64,000 bases of DNA from an uncultured delta proteobacterium (GCA_963785235.1 CAWAUM010000002.1:160001-224000), one strand, 5' to 3'. Shown: positions 10,405-22,007, counted from the stretch's first letter. Translations and numbers: made by a program. Notes: generated by a model not told the origin, from the letters alone.

Positions 10405-11613
10405 ATGGATTTTGAAGTCCCGGATAAGATGAAGGCCATAACCTCTATGATCGACGAGTTCGTGGAAAAGGAACTCATACCACTGGAGCCTGAGTTTCTC
10501 CACAAGACCTTCAGGGAGATGCTCCCTGTCATCGAAGAAAAGCGCAACATGGTCAGAAAGATGGAGCTCTGGGCGCCTAACCACCCCAGGGAGTACGGGG
10601 GCATGGGGCTTAACCTTGTGGAACACGCCTTTGTCTCGGAATCACTCGGCAGATCTCCTCTGGGGCACTTCGTCTTTGGGTGCCATGCCCCTGATGCCGG
10701 CAATATAGAGATCCTCCACCTCCACGGCTCACCCGAGCAGAAGGAAAAATATTTGAGGCCCCTGGTGGAGGGCAAGATCCGGAGCTGCTTTTCCATGACC
10801 GAGGTGGAGATGCCCGGGTCCAATCCCGTGATGATGGACACCACCGCGGTCAAGGACGGAAACGACTACATCATCAACGGCCAGAAGTGGTACTCCACTG
10901 CGGCCGACGGCTCGGCCTTTTCCATTGTCATGGCAAACACCAACCCTGAGGCGCCGCCTTACATGCAGGCGAGCATGATCATCGTGCCTACTGACACCAA
11001 AGGGTTCAACCTGGTGAGGAACATCCCGGTCATGGGGCATTCGGGCGACGACTATGCCTCCCACGGCGAGATCCTGTTCCAGTCATGCCGGGTCCCGCAG
11101 ACGAACCTTTTGGGGCCGGAGGGGTACGGATTCATGATCGCCCAGGAGCGGCTGGGCCCAGGCCGTATCCACCACTGCATGCGCTGGATCGGCATCTGCA
11201 ACCGTGTCTTTGACCTCATGTGCTCCAGGGCCTCCACACGCATCATTCAACCCGACGGCAAGACGCTCGCCACCAAGCAGATCATCCAGGCCTGGATCGC
11301 CGAGTGCGCGGCCAACATCCAGGCGGCCCGGCTCATGACCTTGAACGCGGCATGGAAGATCGAGACGCTTGGGGCCAAGGCCGCCCGCTACGACATATCG
11401 TTCATCAAGTTTTTTGTGGCCAATGTCATGCAGGAGGTAATCGACAAGGCACTGCAGGTGCACGGCGGCATGGGCATGACGGATGACACTATCATTGCTT
11501 TCTTCTACCGGCACGAGCGGGCTGCCCGCATCTATGACGGTGCGGACGAGGTCCATAAGATGTCCGTAGCCAAGAGGATACTCAGGGATTACGAAGGCAG
11601 GAAGGTCCGTTAA
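10405..11613 (+). CDS. Acyl-CoA dehydrogenase, ACAD10/11 (LvaC)-like
   Basis: APDAGNIE, RLGPGRIHHCMR, RIYDGADEVH (Asp in place of the canonical IYEG Glu). Confidence 0.9.
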   Translation: MDFEVPDKMKAITSMIDEFVEKELIPLEPEFLHKTFREMLPVIEEKRNMVRKMELWAPNHPREYGGMGLNLVEHAFVSESLGRSPLGHFVFGCHAPDAGNIEILHLHGSPEQKEKYLRPLVEGKIRSCFSMTEVEMPGSNPVMMDTTAVKDGNDYIINGQKWYSTAADGSAFSIVMANTNPEAPPYMQASMIIVPTDTKGFNLVRNIPVMGHSGDDYASHGEILFQSCRVPQTNLLGPEGYGFMIAQERLGPGRIHHCMRWIGICNRVFDLMCSRASTRIIQPDGKTLATKQIIQAWIAECAANIQAARLMTLNAAWKIETLGAKAARYDISFIKFFVANVMQEVIDKALQVHGGMGMTDDTIIAFFYRHERAARIYDGADEVHKMSVAKRILRDYEGRKVR

Positions 11614-11616
11614 CTT

Positions 11617-12315
11617 ATGGATTCTAATTTGAAATTCGAGACTTTCAAGGGTCTCGTGAGCCTTTCCATGGAGGACCTGTGCCGGGAGCATTTCCTCGTT
11701 AACCGCGAGAGCATCAAGATCAAGAAGGAAGGGGTCGCGGTAAAGAACCTCGTGAAGATCTTCAACGCTGCCCTGACCATAAGTAATGAAAAAGGTTTTG
11801 CCGCCATGAGCCTTCGTGATCTGAGCGCCCAGGCAGGCTTGAGCATGGGGGCGCTGTACACCTACTTCACAAGCAAGGAAGAGTTGTTACAGATGATCCA
11901 GCGACAGATTTCGGTTGTCATACAGGTTTTGTTGGACCAGATCGAGGGAATAGAAGACCCACGATCAAAACTGAAGCGGGTGATCCAGTCTCATCTCTTT
12001 CTCAGCGAGGTCATGCAGCCGTGGTTCTACTTTGCCTATATGGAGACCAAGAACCTTGCAAAGCAGGAGCACAAAAAGGCCATCGAGGCAGAACTTGCCA
12101 CGGAAAAGCTCCTCATCGACATCATGAAGGAAGGCCAGGACAAGGGTGTCTTCAAGGCCGTCAATATGGAGCTCACAGGCGCAGTGATAAAGGCCATGCT
12201 TCAGGACTGGTACCTCAAGAGATGGAAGTATGCCAGGCGGAATGTATCAGTGGAGAAGTATGCCGCATTTGTCGTGGACCTTGTTGAGACATATCTTGCA
12301 ATGCCTCAACAGTGA
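11617..12315 (+). CDS. TetR/AcrR family regulator
   Basis: HTH KGFAAMSLRDLSAQAGLSMGALYTYF. Confidence 0.88.
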   Translation: MDSNLKFETFKGLVSLSMEDLCREHFLVNRESIKIKKEGVAVKNLVKIFNAALTISNEKGFAAMSLRDLSAQAGLSMGALYTYFTSKEELLQMIQRQISVVIQVLLDQIEGIEDPRSKLKRVIQSHLFLSEVMQPWFYFAYMETKNLAKQEHKKAIEAELATEKLLIDIMKEGQDKGVFKAVNMELTGAVIKAMLQDWYLKRWKYARRNVSVEKYAAFVVDLVETYLAMPQQ

Positions 12316-12333
12316 TTAGAAGGAGTTAGAGAC

Positions 12334-13399
12334 ATGGATCTTACTGACAAATCCACAAAGGTAAGACAAGGCGAAGAGCTTGATCTCAAGGTTGTTGAGC
12401 AATTCCTCAAGGACTCTATCCCGGGATTATCCGGGGATCTTGTGGTTGAACAGTTCCCCAGCGGGTTTTCGAACCTCACCTATCTTATCAAGGTTGGCGG
12501 CACAGACCTCGTGCTCAGACGCCCGCCTTTCGGACGCAAGGCCAAGACCGCCCATGACATGGGCAGGGAGTACCGGATTCTCACTTCCTTACATCCCGTA
12601 TTCCCCTATTGTCCCAGAGCCGCTGGTCTATACGGAAGATGAATCCGTCATGGGCTGCCCCTTCTATGTAATGGAGCGCATCCCCGGGATCATCCTGAGG
12701 AAGAGGCTCCCTAAGGGTCTCGTGCTGAGCCCGCATCAGATGAGAACCTTGTGCGAGAATCTGCTGGATGTACACTATAAGCTTCACTCTATTGACTATA
12801 AGGCCATAGGCCTTGAGGGCTTCGGCAAACCCGAAGGGTATGTGAGGAGGCAGGTTCAAGGGTGGTCGGAGCGCTACAAGGCCGCCTGGACCCCGGACGC
12901 CCCCACTTTTGAGAAGGTCATGCAATGGCTCCATGACAACATGCCCCCGGATCATGACAAACCCGCCATCATCCATAACGATTACAAGTTCGACAATGTA
13001 GTGCTGAATCCTGATAACCCCCTGGAGATCATCGGCGTGCTTGACTGGGAGATGGCCACCATCGGCGATCCGCTCATGGACCTGGGCAACTCGCTCGGAT
13101 ACTGGGTTCAGGCCGATGACCCCCCTGAGGTCCAGGCGGCAGGCATGCTGCCCACCAACCTGCCCGGGGCGCTCACCCGTGCAGAGATGGTCAAGCGGTA
13201 CGAGGCGAAGGCCGGCATCAACCTCGAGAACTTTAATTTCTATCTCTACTATGGTTTCTTCCGTATTGCCGTGATTCTTCAGCAGATCTATTACCGTTAT
13301 TATCATGGTCAGACGCAAGACGAGAGGTTCAAACTGCTCATCTTCGGTGTGCATATCATAGATGCAGAGTTCAAAAAGCATCTGAAGGGTGAGGCTTGA
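12334..13399 (+). CDS. APH-family phosphotransferase, ACAD10/11 kinase (LvaA)-like (frameshifted near 12618)
   Basis: GFSNLTY, VLRRPP, AHDMGRE, HNDYKFDN, LDWEM across two frames. Confidence 0.88.
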
Positions 13400-13410
13400 T
13401 AAAGGAAAAG

Positions 13411-13442
13411 TTTCGGGTACGCCTTTCCAGGCGTACCCGAAA
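13411..13442. terminator. Hairpin between convergent genes
   Basis: TTTCGGGTACGCCT-TTCC-AGGCGTACCCGAAA, 14-bp stem. Confidence 0.7.
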
Positions 13443-13450
13443 AGGGAGGC

Positions 13451-14945
13451 TTACAGCTTGGTGAGAGTACCGGGCTTCAGCTCTTCCACGCCGGCAAGGT
13501 AATTCACCAGATGTTCTCTTGTCTTGATATCGTACTGGGATGTAATGGCGATCTCTTCCATGATAGGCGATCCGCCGCCATGGTAGTTCCCATAGTTCAT
13601 TGGCCCGGTAAAGCCCGAGCATTGGTAGTCTATAAAAAGCATCCAGAATTTGATCTGCTCTTCTATGGGGGCATTGGGGTTGCGGTTGAGGTACTTTTCC
13701 AGGAGCGGCTTCAGTTCCGGGTTCATGGAGGTCGCCTTCATTGGGGAAGGTGGCGGGCAGACCGCCTGCAATACTGCAGAGCATCTCCTGCTCCTCAAAC
13801 ACCGCCTCTCCGGTGAGACATCTGCCCACATTGGCATAGATGGAATTAGGGATGCAGCTGCCGGGGCCATAGGGCACCGGGCCCATGCCCGGGATATAGA
13901 TCTCGGGCTTGCCAAAAGCAGAGGCGGTATACCCTGCCGCATAGCCGAGTTCGGTGATCTTGATGAATTCGGCGAGCATCGTTCTGATATGGCCGGTCTT
14001 CCGGATGCCGTTGTGCCTTGCAGCCATGGATGCCATACCGGTGAGCACATCACCGATGGCCGGCTTGCAGCCGGAATAGCTGTGGCGGTGGAACAGGGCG
14101 AAGAGCAGCGCGCAGATACCGCCGTGATCGTTCTCTCCACAGAGGAAGACCCTGTCCCAGGGCACAAAGACATCATCGAAGATCAGGTATGAATCCGTAT
14201 AGCCGCCGGCGAATCCTTTGTGATATGCTGTTTACGCTTGCGGAAGTTGTGAATGGAGAGCACCTGCTTGACGCCCTCGTGATCAGCCGGTACCGCGAAG
14301 GCCACGGCATAATCCTTCTCGTCAGGCCCGAGAGCCCTGGTGGGGATGACCAGGATTTCATCCGCAATGGAGGCCTCCGATATATGGAGCTTGCATCCCC
14401 TGACCACGATACCGTCGCTCTTTTTCTCCACCACATGAAGGTACATGTCCGGATCGGTCTGTTCAATGGGCCTCTTCGAGCCGTTCGCCCTTGATGTCGG
14501 TCTGGGCGCAGCACCCAACAAGGTCTTTGTCCTGGAAACGGGTGAGCCATTTCAGGAAGTTCTTGTGATACTCGGTCTTCCCGCCGTTGAGCTTGTCGGC
14601 TTCAAATGAGGCTGCATTGACGGCATTGATGGAGTCTATGCCCATGCAGCGCTGGATGCAGAAACCGACTTTACGGCACAGGGCGCGTGTCATATCCTGC
14701 TTTTTGTGGAGATCCTCCGTGTTCTGGTGGATATGACAGAAGCGGTTGATGGTATTGCCCGTAATGTGTGACTTTGCGGTGCATAGATCCTTGAGCTCCG
14801 GGTCTGTGGTAGCATCAAAGGTGACCCCCATGACCTCAAGGGTGGGCAACTGCAGCTCATCATCACGGTCAATGAGCGACCCGTTGTAGTAGAGATTCCT
14901 GCGCATCTTCCGCAACCCTTCTATGTATTGTTCTTTTGTTCTCAT
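13451..14945 (-). CDS. 4-hydroxybutyryl-CoA dehydratase (AbfD/HpaB family), with several frameshifts (about 14490, 14190, 13730)
   Basis: CIQRC (CxxxC) and HRHSYSGC Fe-S ligand motifs, AQTDxKG, DPDMY, HGGGSP; pieces in four ORFs. Confidence 0.8.
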
Positions 14946-14988
14946 ACAAACCTCCGTTTGAGATGCTCTTTTCGTTTGACGTATATTG

Positions 14989-15675
14989 TTATGACCCTTG
15001 TCTCTTTTTCGGGGTTTCTGTTTTATTCAGCGATACGGCATCGTCTCCGAGGTGCAGGTGAAGGGTGATATCCTTGGAGTTCTTCTGAACCCGTAACCCT
15101 TCGAGTATCAGATCAACCAGCGGATCGACATGATCCATCAGATTGGATGGGGTGCCCAGGAGATGCCACCTGGTGCAAAGGTGTTCAATGGTCCCCAGGA
15201 TCATGGAGCGCACCAGGTAAGGATCGGTGTCCTTTTTAAAGGTGCCCTCTTCCACGCCTTCCTGGATGCAGGACAGCAGCATGCGTGCAGCGGTTCGGAT
15301 CACCTCGTAGGCCTTTGTCTTCAGGAAATTCCTGTTGGTCTTGAGGTGGAGCATGATCAGGGCGGAGTACTGGGGGTTCTTTTCATAGAGGGTCATGTAG
15401 ATCTGTACAAGAGCCCTCAATTTGGATTCAACACCCCTGAGGAACGGCAGCATCTTCTCTGCGCCTCTTAACGCCTCGTCCGTAATCTCCTCGGGAATCG
15501 CAAACAGCAACTCCTCCTTGCTCTTGAAATATTCGTATACGGTGGCGTCAGAGACCCCTGCGGCCTTGCTTATTTCAGAAATGGTTGCATCCTGGAAGCC
15601 CTTTTCGGCAAAAATATTCAGGGCGGATTCGATGATCCTGTCTCTTCTGGCGGTTTTCGGGGTTGGCTTTGTCAT
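14989..15675 (-). CDS. TetR/AcrR family regulator
   Basis: HTH KGFQDATISEISKAAGVSDATVYEYFKSKE. Confidence 0.9.
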   Translation of the reverse strand: MTKPTPKTARRDRIIESALNIFAEKGFQDATISEISKAAGVSDATVYEYFKSKEELLFAIPEEITDEALRGAEKMLPFLRGVESKLRALVQIYMTLYEKNPQYSALIMLHLKTNRNFLKTKAYEVIRTAARMLLSCIQEGVEEGTFKKDTDPYLVRSMILGTIEHLCTRWHLLGTPSNLMDHVDPLVDLILEGLRVQKNSKDITLHLHLGDDAVSLNKTETPKKRQGS

Positions 15676-15689
15676 GACTTCATCATACT

Positions 15690-15765
15690 AGAGTAAGACT
15701 CTGGCAAAGTCAAGTATTAATTGACACCAACTATTATTTAATGTATATAAATCATAGTGACACTC
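15690..15765. promoter_or_regulatory. Candidate paired TetR operators and promoter
   Basis: AGAGT-AAG-ACTCT (15690-15702) and the similar ATAGT-GAC-ACTCC (about 15754) flank TTGACA at 15721. Confidence 0.4.
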
Positions 15766-15912
15766 CAATAAAAAATTGATTGGCACAAATAGAGTGCGTA
15801 AATGACAGACAGATTGAAGCAGTTATTAGAAAGAGGGCAGACAAAAAGAAAGAAAACCATTATAATGATAAGGTCAAGAAGCTATCACAAGAAACCATAT
15901 TAGGAGAATACC

Positions 15913-16677
15913 ATGGAGAAGGTGGATTTTAGTTTGAACGGGAAGATTGCACTGGTGACCGGGGCCAGCCGCGGAATCGGCGAGGCCATTGCCATTACGC
16001 TTGCTGACTATGGCGCCCACTGTATCCTCGTGAGCCGAAAGGCGGATGCCCTTGCCGGCGTTGCGGAAAAGATCGCCTCCCGCGGCGGCAAGGCCGAGGT
16101 CATGGCCTGCCACGTGGGCGACCTCAAGCAGATCGAGGGGCTCTTCGCCAAGATCAAGGAACGCCATGGCAAGCTCCACATCCTTATTAATAATGCCGCC
16201 ACCAACCCATACTTCGGGGAGATGCTGGGTGCCGATGAAGGGATATGGAACAAGACCTTTGACGTGAACCTCAAGGGACCGTTCTTCCTGATCCAGCATG
16301 CAGCCAAACTTATGATGGAATCAGGGGGCGGCTCAGTGGTAAACGTGTCTTCCATCAACGGTGTCAAGCCGGCGCCTTTCCAGGGTGTCTATTCAATCAC
16401 CAAGGCCGGGCTCATCTCCATGACCATGGCCTTTGCCAAGGAGCTTGCATCCAAGAACATCCGGGTGAATGCGCTGTTGCCCGGCCTGGTGGAGACGAAA
16501 TTCTCCCAGGCTATTCTGGAGAACGAGACGTTCCACGATTACGCAGTCAATATGATACCCATGAACAGGCCCGGGCAGCCCATGGAGATCGCCGGAGCGG
16601 TATTGTACCTGGTGTCGGATGCAGCCCCGTTTACGACCGGGTCGTGCCTGGTGGTGGACGGCGGGGCCTTGGCATAG
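15913..16677 (+). CDS. Short-chain dehydrogenase/reductase
   Basis: TGASRGIG, NNAA, YSITK. Confidence 0.92.
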   Translation: MEKVDFSLNGKIALVTGASRGIGEAIAITLADYGAHCILVSRKADALAGVAEKIASRGGKAEVMACHVGDLKQIEGLFAKIKERHGKLHILINNAATNPYFGEMLGADEGIWNKTFDVNLKGPFFLIQHAAKLMMESGGGSVVNVSSINGVKPAPFQGVYSITKAGLISMTMAFAKELASKNIRVNALLPGLVETKFSQAILENETFHDYAVNMIPMNRPGQPMEIAGAVLYLVSDAAPFTTGSCLVVDGGALA

Positions 16678-16734
16678 AGATATTGATCTTTGAAGATAGG
16701 ACCGAAAACTTAACCATAATAAAGGGGAAAAGCT

Positions 16735-17653
16735 ATGAAGATAGATGACATCAAACGTGTGCTCATCCTGGGCGCAGGCACCATGGGACAGCAGATCGGG
16801 CTCCAGTGCGCCATGCATGGATATGAGGTTGTGTATTATGATATCTCCCAGGACATTCTGAATGATGCAGTGAAGCGTGTTGCCAAACTTGCCTCCTGGT
16901 ATGCCTCCACCGGCCGTCTCACCCAGGAGCAACTCAAAGAGACCCTTGCGAGGATTTCATCCACAACAGACCCTGCCAAGGCGGCCGAAGATGTTGACAT
17001 TATCAGTGAGTCGGTGCCGGAAGATCCGGGACCTGAAGGGCAAGGTGTTCGCGCAGTTCAACAAGCTCTGCCCCGAACGGACGATATTTACCACCAATAC
17101 TTCATACCTCGTCCCATCCATGTTTGCCGAGGCCTCAGGCAGACCGGAAAAATTGGCAGCGCTCCACTTTCATGACCTTCGTGCAAACAATGTGGTGGAT
17201 GTCATGCCCCATCCGGGAACAGCGCCAGAGGTTACGAGCCTCGTACATGACTTCGCCAAAAGCATCGGACAGATCGTTATCATGCTCCATAAGGAGAACA
17301 ATGGCTACGTGTTCAATACCATGATCTCAAACCTCTTCTTCTCGGCCATGACCCTGGCGTCTAAAAACGTAAGTTCCGTTGAGGATATCGACCGGGCCTG
17401 GATGGGGATCACACATATGCCCATCGGACCTTTCGGCCTCATGGACCAGATAGGCCTGAAGACCGTATGGACCATCACCGACTACTGGGCCAAGATGGCC
17501 GGCGACAAGGGTGCCCTGAAAAACGCCGACTTCCTGAAGCAGTACGTTGACAGGGGGGAACTGGGATATAAGACGCACAAGGGCTTTTATTCGTACCCGA
17601 ATCCTGCATATCAGAAAGATGATTTTATCATTGGAGAAACGGAAAAAAAATAA
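16735..17653 (+). CDS. 3-hydroxyacyl-CoA dehydrogenase (frameshifted near 17030)
   Basis: GAGTMG, ESVPED, TNTS, LHF, GPFGLMDQIG, GFY across two frames. Confidence 0.87.
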
Positions 17654-17762
17654 AGTGAGTTTAGGTGTAAGGCCAAGGTTAAGGGTGCATGGGTAAGCCT
17701 CCACCTACGATAGCTATAGAGAGATCAACTAGGGAGAAGTTATAGAACGAGCCCGGCCATTC

Positions 17763-18998
17763 CTAAAATTCCGTAAGACCCGGCCCCACCACACCCTTGA
17801 GGTAGCCTTGAATGATACCTATAGCCCGCTCGAAATCCGTGCGGGATGGTGTCAGCACAGAGATCCTGATATAATCAGACCATCCTGGTCCATAGATGTC
17901 TCCCGGGGTGATCCTGACACCTTGCTCAAGGAGTTTTTCCTGGCTGATGCGACTGGGTACCGATGTTTTTAACCACAGGCAGGGGCCGTTTGTAGACCAT
18001 GTTGTGGCCTGAGACAAGTAGGCCAACCGTGTTCTCTGTTCTGTCTTGAGCCGCTTGACATGCTCTTCCAGATCCGAGGACGCGAGCATGGCAAAAAGGC
18101 ATCGTTGGAGTATGCCTGAGAGAGAGAGGTCGTTGATCTCCTTGAGGTGGATGAATCTGGTGTACAGAGGACTCGGGACCACTGCAAATCCGATGCGCAG
18201 ACCAGGACCCAGAATATTGGAAAGACTCTTGATGTAAACGACCCTCTCATGGGTATCCCGGGCCTTCAATGGGGGAATGCCCTCAATCTCGGAGAGCGGA
18301 TCATCCTCGATTATGAAGAAATCTTTCTTGCGGGCGATTTCCAGAAGCCTGTCCCTTAGGTCTTCAGGGATGGATCCGCCTGTCGGGATGTGTCCTTGCG
18401 GCATGGTGTAGAACAGGCGGATACCAAGGGTACCCAGCCGGTCAAGGTCCTTTTGGCTTGAGATATAGGGCACGGTCTTGACAATGGCCCCAAGGGATTC
18501 AAAGATCCGTACCGCACCCATATAGCCCGGGTCTTCCACGGCAACCACATCGCCTTTTTTTAGCAGGGCAAGCCCGATCAGGAAAAGGGCCTGCTGGGAC
18601 CCGGCAGTGATTATAGGGGTATGATCGATGCCCAGGGATATCATCCATTTCCTTGCCTGCTGCCTCAAGGGTTCATAACCCTGTGGGGGGTCATAGGTCT
18701 GGAGACCCTCAATCGTAATGTTCAGGTGCTTGCCGACCCACAGCAGCAGCTCTTCGGGCGGGTGGATAGTTGCCATGTCAATGACGCCCCCGGAAGAACC
18801 GCACGCAACAAAGGTTCCCACCCCCTGGCGGCTTATCACAAGACCCTTTCCCATGAGGTGCTGATACACGTTTCTCGCCGTTACAAGGCTAATGTTCTCC
18901 TGTATGGACAACTCCCTCACCCCGGGCAGGCGATCTCCGGGCCTCTTTCTCTTCAGGATATCGCCCGCAAGCCTCTCGGCTACCTCTTTGTACCTCAC
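17763..18998 (-). CDS. pdxR: MocR/PdxR-type GntR regulator with PLP aminotransferase domain
   Basis: GDRLPGVRELS wHTH, VEDPGY, IIEDD, PGLRIG; divergent from pdxST; GTG start after AGGAGG. Confidence 0.8.
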   Translation of the reverse strand: MRYKEVAERLAGDILKRKRPGDRLPGVRELSIQENISLVTARNVYQHLMGKGLVISRQGVGTFVACGSSGGVIDMATIHPPEELLLWVGKHLNITIEGLQTYDPPQGYEPLRQQARKWMISLGIDHTPIITAGSQQALFLIGLALLKKGDVVAVEDPGYMGAVRIFESLGAIVKTVPYISSQKDLDRLGTLGIRLFYTMPQGHIPTGGSIPEDLRDRLLEIARKKDFFIIEDDPLSEIEGIPPLKARDTHERVVYIKSLSNILGPGLRIGFAVVPSPLYTRFIHLKEINDLSLSGILQRCLFAMLASSDLEEHVKRLKTEQRTRLAYLSQATTWSTNGPCLWLKTSVPSRISQEKLLEQGVRITPGDIYGPGWSDYIRISVLTPSRTDFERAIGIIQGYLKGVVGPGLTEF

Positions 18999-19084
18999 TA
19001 CACTCCTCCTTGACTTTATTGAAAATAAATATAACATTAATAAGATAAAGAGTAAATTGTTATATAACAATAAGGAGAGTAAAC

Positions 19085-19972
19085 ATGGTCAGATTATCGG
19101 AAAGGATTCTCGTGAACAGGGGCCTTGCCCAGATGCTCAAGGGCGGCGTGATCATGGACGTTACAAATGCAGAGCAGGCCAGGATTGCTGAAGATTCCGG
19201 CGCAGTTGCGGTAATGGCGCTGGAGAGGGTGCCTTCGGATATCCGGTTGCAGGGCGGTGTTGCCAGGATGAGCGACCCTCTTATCATCAAAGGCATCAAA
19301 GAGGCGGTAACTGTTCCGGTCATGGCTAAAGTCAGGATCGGTCACATTGTTGAGGCCCAGATACTTGAGGCCCTTGAAATAGACTACATAGACGAAAGTG
19401 AGGTCTTGACGCCTGCCGATGAGGAACACCATATCAATAAGCAGGTCTTCAGGATCCCGTTTGTTTGCGGTTGCCGAGACCTGGGTGAGGCCTCACGAAG
19501 AATAGCCGAGGGTGCAAGTATGATCAGAACCAAGGGAGAGGCGGGTACCGGCAATGTTGTAGAGGCTGTCCGGCATATGCGTACCATCATGAAGCAGGTG
19601 CGGGAACTATACTCCATGAGCGAAGACGAGGTCTTCAGCTTTGCAAAAGGACTTGGTGCCCCGCATCAGGTCCTCATGGAAATCCGCGAGCTTAAGGGTT
19701 TGCCTGTTGTGAATTTTGCAGCCGGAGGCATCGCCACCCCGGCAGATGCCGCTCTCATGATGCAGCTTGGGGCTGATGGTGTATTTGTGGGTTCAGGAAT
19801 CTTCAAGTCATCTGAGCCTGCAAAACGGGCCAGAGCCATTGTTGAGGCCGTGGCGCATTACGAAGAGCCTGCATGGATTGCACGAGTATCCGAAGGTCTG
19901 GGCGATGCCATACCGGGCCTTGATGTCAGAACAATGCCGGATGAAGAGCGGCTTGCTAAACGAGGCTGGTAA
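19085..19972 (+). CDS. pdxS: Pyridoxal 5'-phosphate synthase lyase subunit
   Basis: [37 protein letters not shown]. Confidence 0.97.
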   Translation: MVRLSERILVNRGLAQMLKGGVIMDVTNAEQARIAEDSGAVAVMALERVPSDIRLQGGVARMSDPLIIKGIKEAVTVPVMAKVRIGHIVEAQILEALEIDYIDESEVLTPADEEHHINKQVFRIPFVCGCRDLGEASRRIAEGASMIRTKGEAGTGNVVEAVRHMRTIMKQVRELYSMSEDEVFSFAKGLGAPHQVLMEIRELKGLPVVNFAAGGIATPADAALMMQLGADGVFVGSGIFKSSEPAKRARAIVEAVAHYEEPAWIARVSEGLGDAIPGLDVRTMPDEERLAKRGW

Positions 19973-20520
19973 TGATGATCGGGATCCTTGCGCTCCAGGG
20001 CAATGTCCGCGAGCACAGATTAAACCTCGAGCGTCATGGTGCACAGAGCCGGTGCATCCGGAGCCCCATTGAACTTGATGGTATTGATGGCCTCATTCTT
20101 CCCGGCGGAGAAAGTTCGGCCATGAAAAAGCTCATCGTGTCTTCAGGGCTTAAAGAACCTGTGCAGGGCCTGATCCGGCAGGGACTACCCGTCTGGGGAA
20201 CCTGTGCGGGGGTCATCCTTCTTGCATCCGGAGGCATCTGGCAGAGCGTGGATATTGAGGTTCAAAGAAATGCCTATGGCTCCCAGGTCTACAGCAGGGC
20301 TGCAAAAGGGAGATCCATCATAACGGACAGAGAGTTTTCCATGGTGTTCATCCGCGCGCCACGGATTTGTTCCATTCCGACAAATGCCCAAGTCCTTGCC
20401 GAGCTCGATGGAGACTTCGTGGCTGTCCGCTGCAGCAACGTCCTGCTTACCACTTTCCACCCTGAACTTACGCAAGATACTCCTTTCACTGAATATTTTC
20501 TCAAGATGGTGAATGAATAG
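19972..20520 (+). CDS. pdxT: PLP synthase glutaminase subunit
   Basis: LALQG, PGGES, GTCAG, FIRAP, FHPE. Confidence 0.95.
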   Translation: MMIGILALQGNVREHRLNLERHGAQSRCIRSPIELDGIDGLILPGGESSAMKKLIVSSGLKEPVQGLIRQGLPVWGTCAGVILLASGGIWQSVDIEVQRNAYGSQVYSRAAKGRSIITDREFSMVFIRAPRICSIPTNAQVLAELDGDFVAVRCSNVLLTTFHPELTQDTPFTEYFLKMVNE

Positions 20521-20552
20521 CACCTCTACCGGCCAGGGTCTTGCACCCTTAA

Positions 20553-21497
20553 CTAGGGCCTTTCATTAAAAAACCGCCAGGCTTCTTGAGCCATATTCAT
20601 GTCCCGGCTCACCCTGCCCACAACAAATACTGGCAGATACTGCTTTCCGGAAGGTACAGTATGACCGCCTCCATGTATCATATAGAGGCACACCCTCGAA
20701 CCGGTCCAGGAAAGGCGCTCTATATGTGTATCATCAGCCGGGTCAAGGTCCGGCATCTGTTCAATCTTCGGGTGTAGTTCCCGGTTTTCGCTCTTCAGCC
20801 AAGCGCGGGCGGATTCCATGGAAGACACTACCTCTCCTTTTGAGATCACATAAAAGAGCCTCACCATACCACCTTCAAAGGGATTGATGGGGTCATCTGT
20901 ACCGTTCACTATCATCACGGGCATGCCTGCTCGCGGGGCCGCGCACTTTGAATAATTGTTCCCGGGCATGTTCGCGCCGATTACGGCAATGCCTGCTATC
21001 TTGTCACGAATTTCAGTGGCGAGACGAAAGCACATGTGGCCTCCGTTTGATAGGCCCACTGCATAGACCTTTTTCGGGTCTGCATGCCACTTTGTGCTGC
21101 AGGCCTCGATGAGCTTGGTTATAAACCCCACATCATCAATGTTCTTGGTATGGGCATCATCCTTTGGTGCGGTTCGGCAGTCGTTCCAATACGTCTGATA
21201 CCCGTCCGGGTAGACAACAAGACACTTCTCCTTCTCGGCAACGCGATCGAACTGATCCCCGCATATCTCCCTCATCTTTTTGCCCGTTCCCATGGCGCCA
21301 TGCAGGACAATGATGATGGGCGGGGCTGAGAGTTCCCCTGATGGGATGTATGCAAGGTAAGTTCGATCCATCCCGCCCAGCGACAGGGTTTCCTCCACGA
21401 CCTTACCCGGCAATACCGACTCTGCTGCATGGAGATAGTGCCCAGGAAAAAATGCTGCTACTATGATCAAGTGGGTGAACAAATGATGGTATTGCAT
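20553..21497 (-). CDS. Secreted esterase, PHB-depolymerase/LpqC family
   Basis: Signal peptide, VLHG, VVYPDG, GLSNGG, GTDD, GGGH triad. Confidence 0.8.
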   Translation of the reverse strand: MQYHHLFTHLIIVAAFFPGHYLHAAESVLPGKVVEETLSLGGMDRTYLAYIPSGELSAPPIIIVLHGAMGTGKKMREICGDQFDRVAEKEKCLVVYPDGYQTYWNDCRTAPKDDAHTKNIDDVGFITKLIEACSTKWHADPKKVYAVGLSNGGHMCFRLATEIRDKIAGIAVIGANMPGNNYSKCAAPRAGMPVMIVNGTDDPINPFEGGMVRLFYVISKGEVVSSMESARAWLKSENRELHPKIEQMPDLDPADDTHIERLSWTGSRVCLYMIHGGGHTVPSGKQYLPVFVVGRVSRDMNMAQEAWRFFNERP

Positions 21498-21654
21498 AAG
21501 TGCCCCTTGTTTCCTGTAGTATAATAATTAAAAAAAACACGGATATAACAATCCACTTGTATATTCATGATGTAATACTCCAATCCAAGTTTCAGTTAAA
21601 GCAGAATCCATATGACTGTTGACATCCTCGCCCCTTCAACCCCATAGATACATA

Positions 21655-21945
21655 ATGAATTCCCTGGTCGTGAGATGTACCTTCTGCGGGAAACGGCACC
21701 TGATGGATATTGAAGACCTGGATTGCTGGTTTGCAGAATGTGGGTGCGGTGCCTGCGGGTTCGTTCAGGATGATTCGGAGTTCGGCGAGGGATTGAACAA
21801 AGGTGTCGGATTCACGGTGCATGAAGTCCCCAATCCGCGGGGTACGTTTGTCCACCTGGCTGACCCCTTGCCTGTCTTTGTAAATGAGAAGGGATGTTGG
21901 GTGTATGTGTGTTGGTATAAAAAAGATGCGAGGCCTTATGTCTAA
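21655..21945 (+). CDS. Small Cys-rich (zinc-ribbon-like) hypothetical protein
   Basis: CTFCG and CGCGAC motifs. Confidence 0.5.
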   Translation: MNSLVVRCTFCGKRHLMDIEDLDCWFAECGCGACGFVQDDSEFGEGLNKGVGFTVHEVPNPRGTFVHLADPLPVFVNEKGCWVYVCWYKKDARPYV

Positions 21946-22007
21946 GTCCTTAGACTGCGTTCACCTATATTTTCCGGTGTTGTACAATTCTTTCATTAAG
22001 GAGGTCC

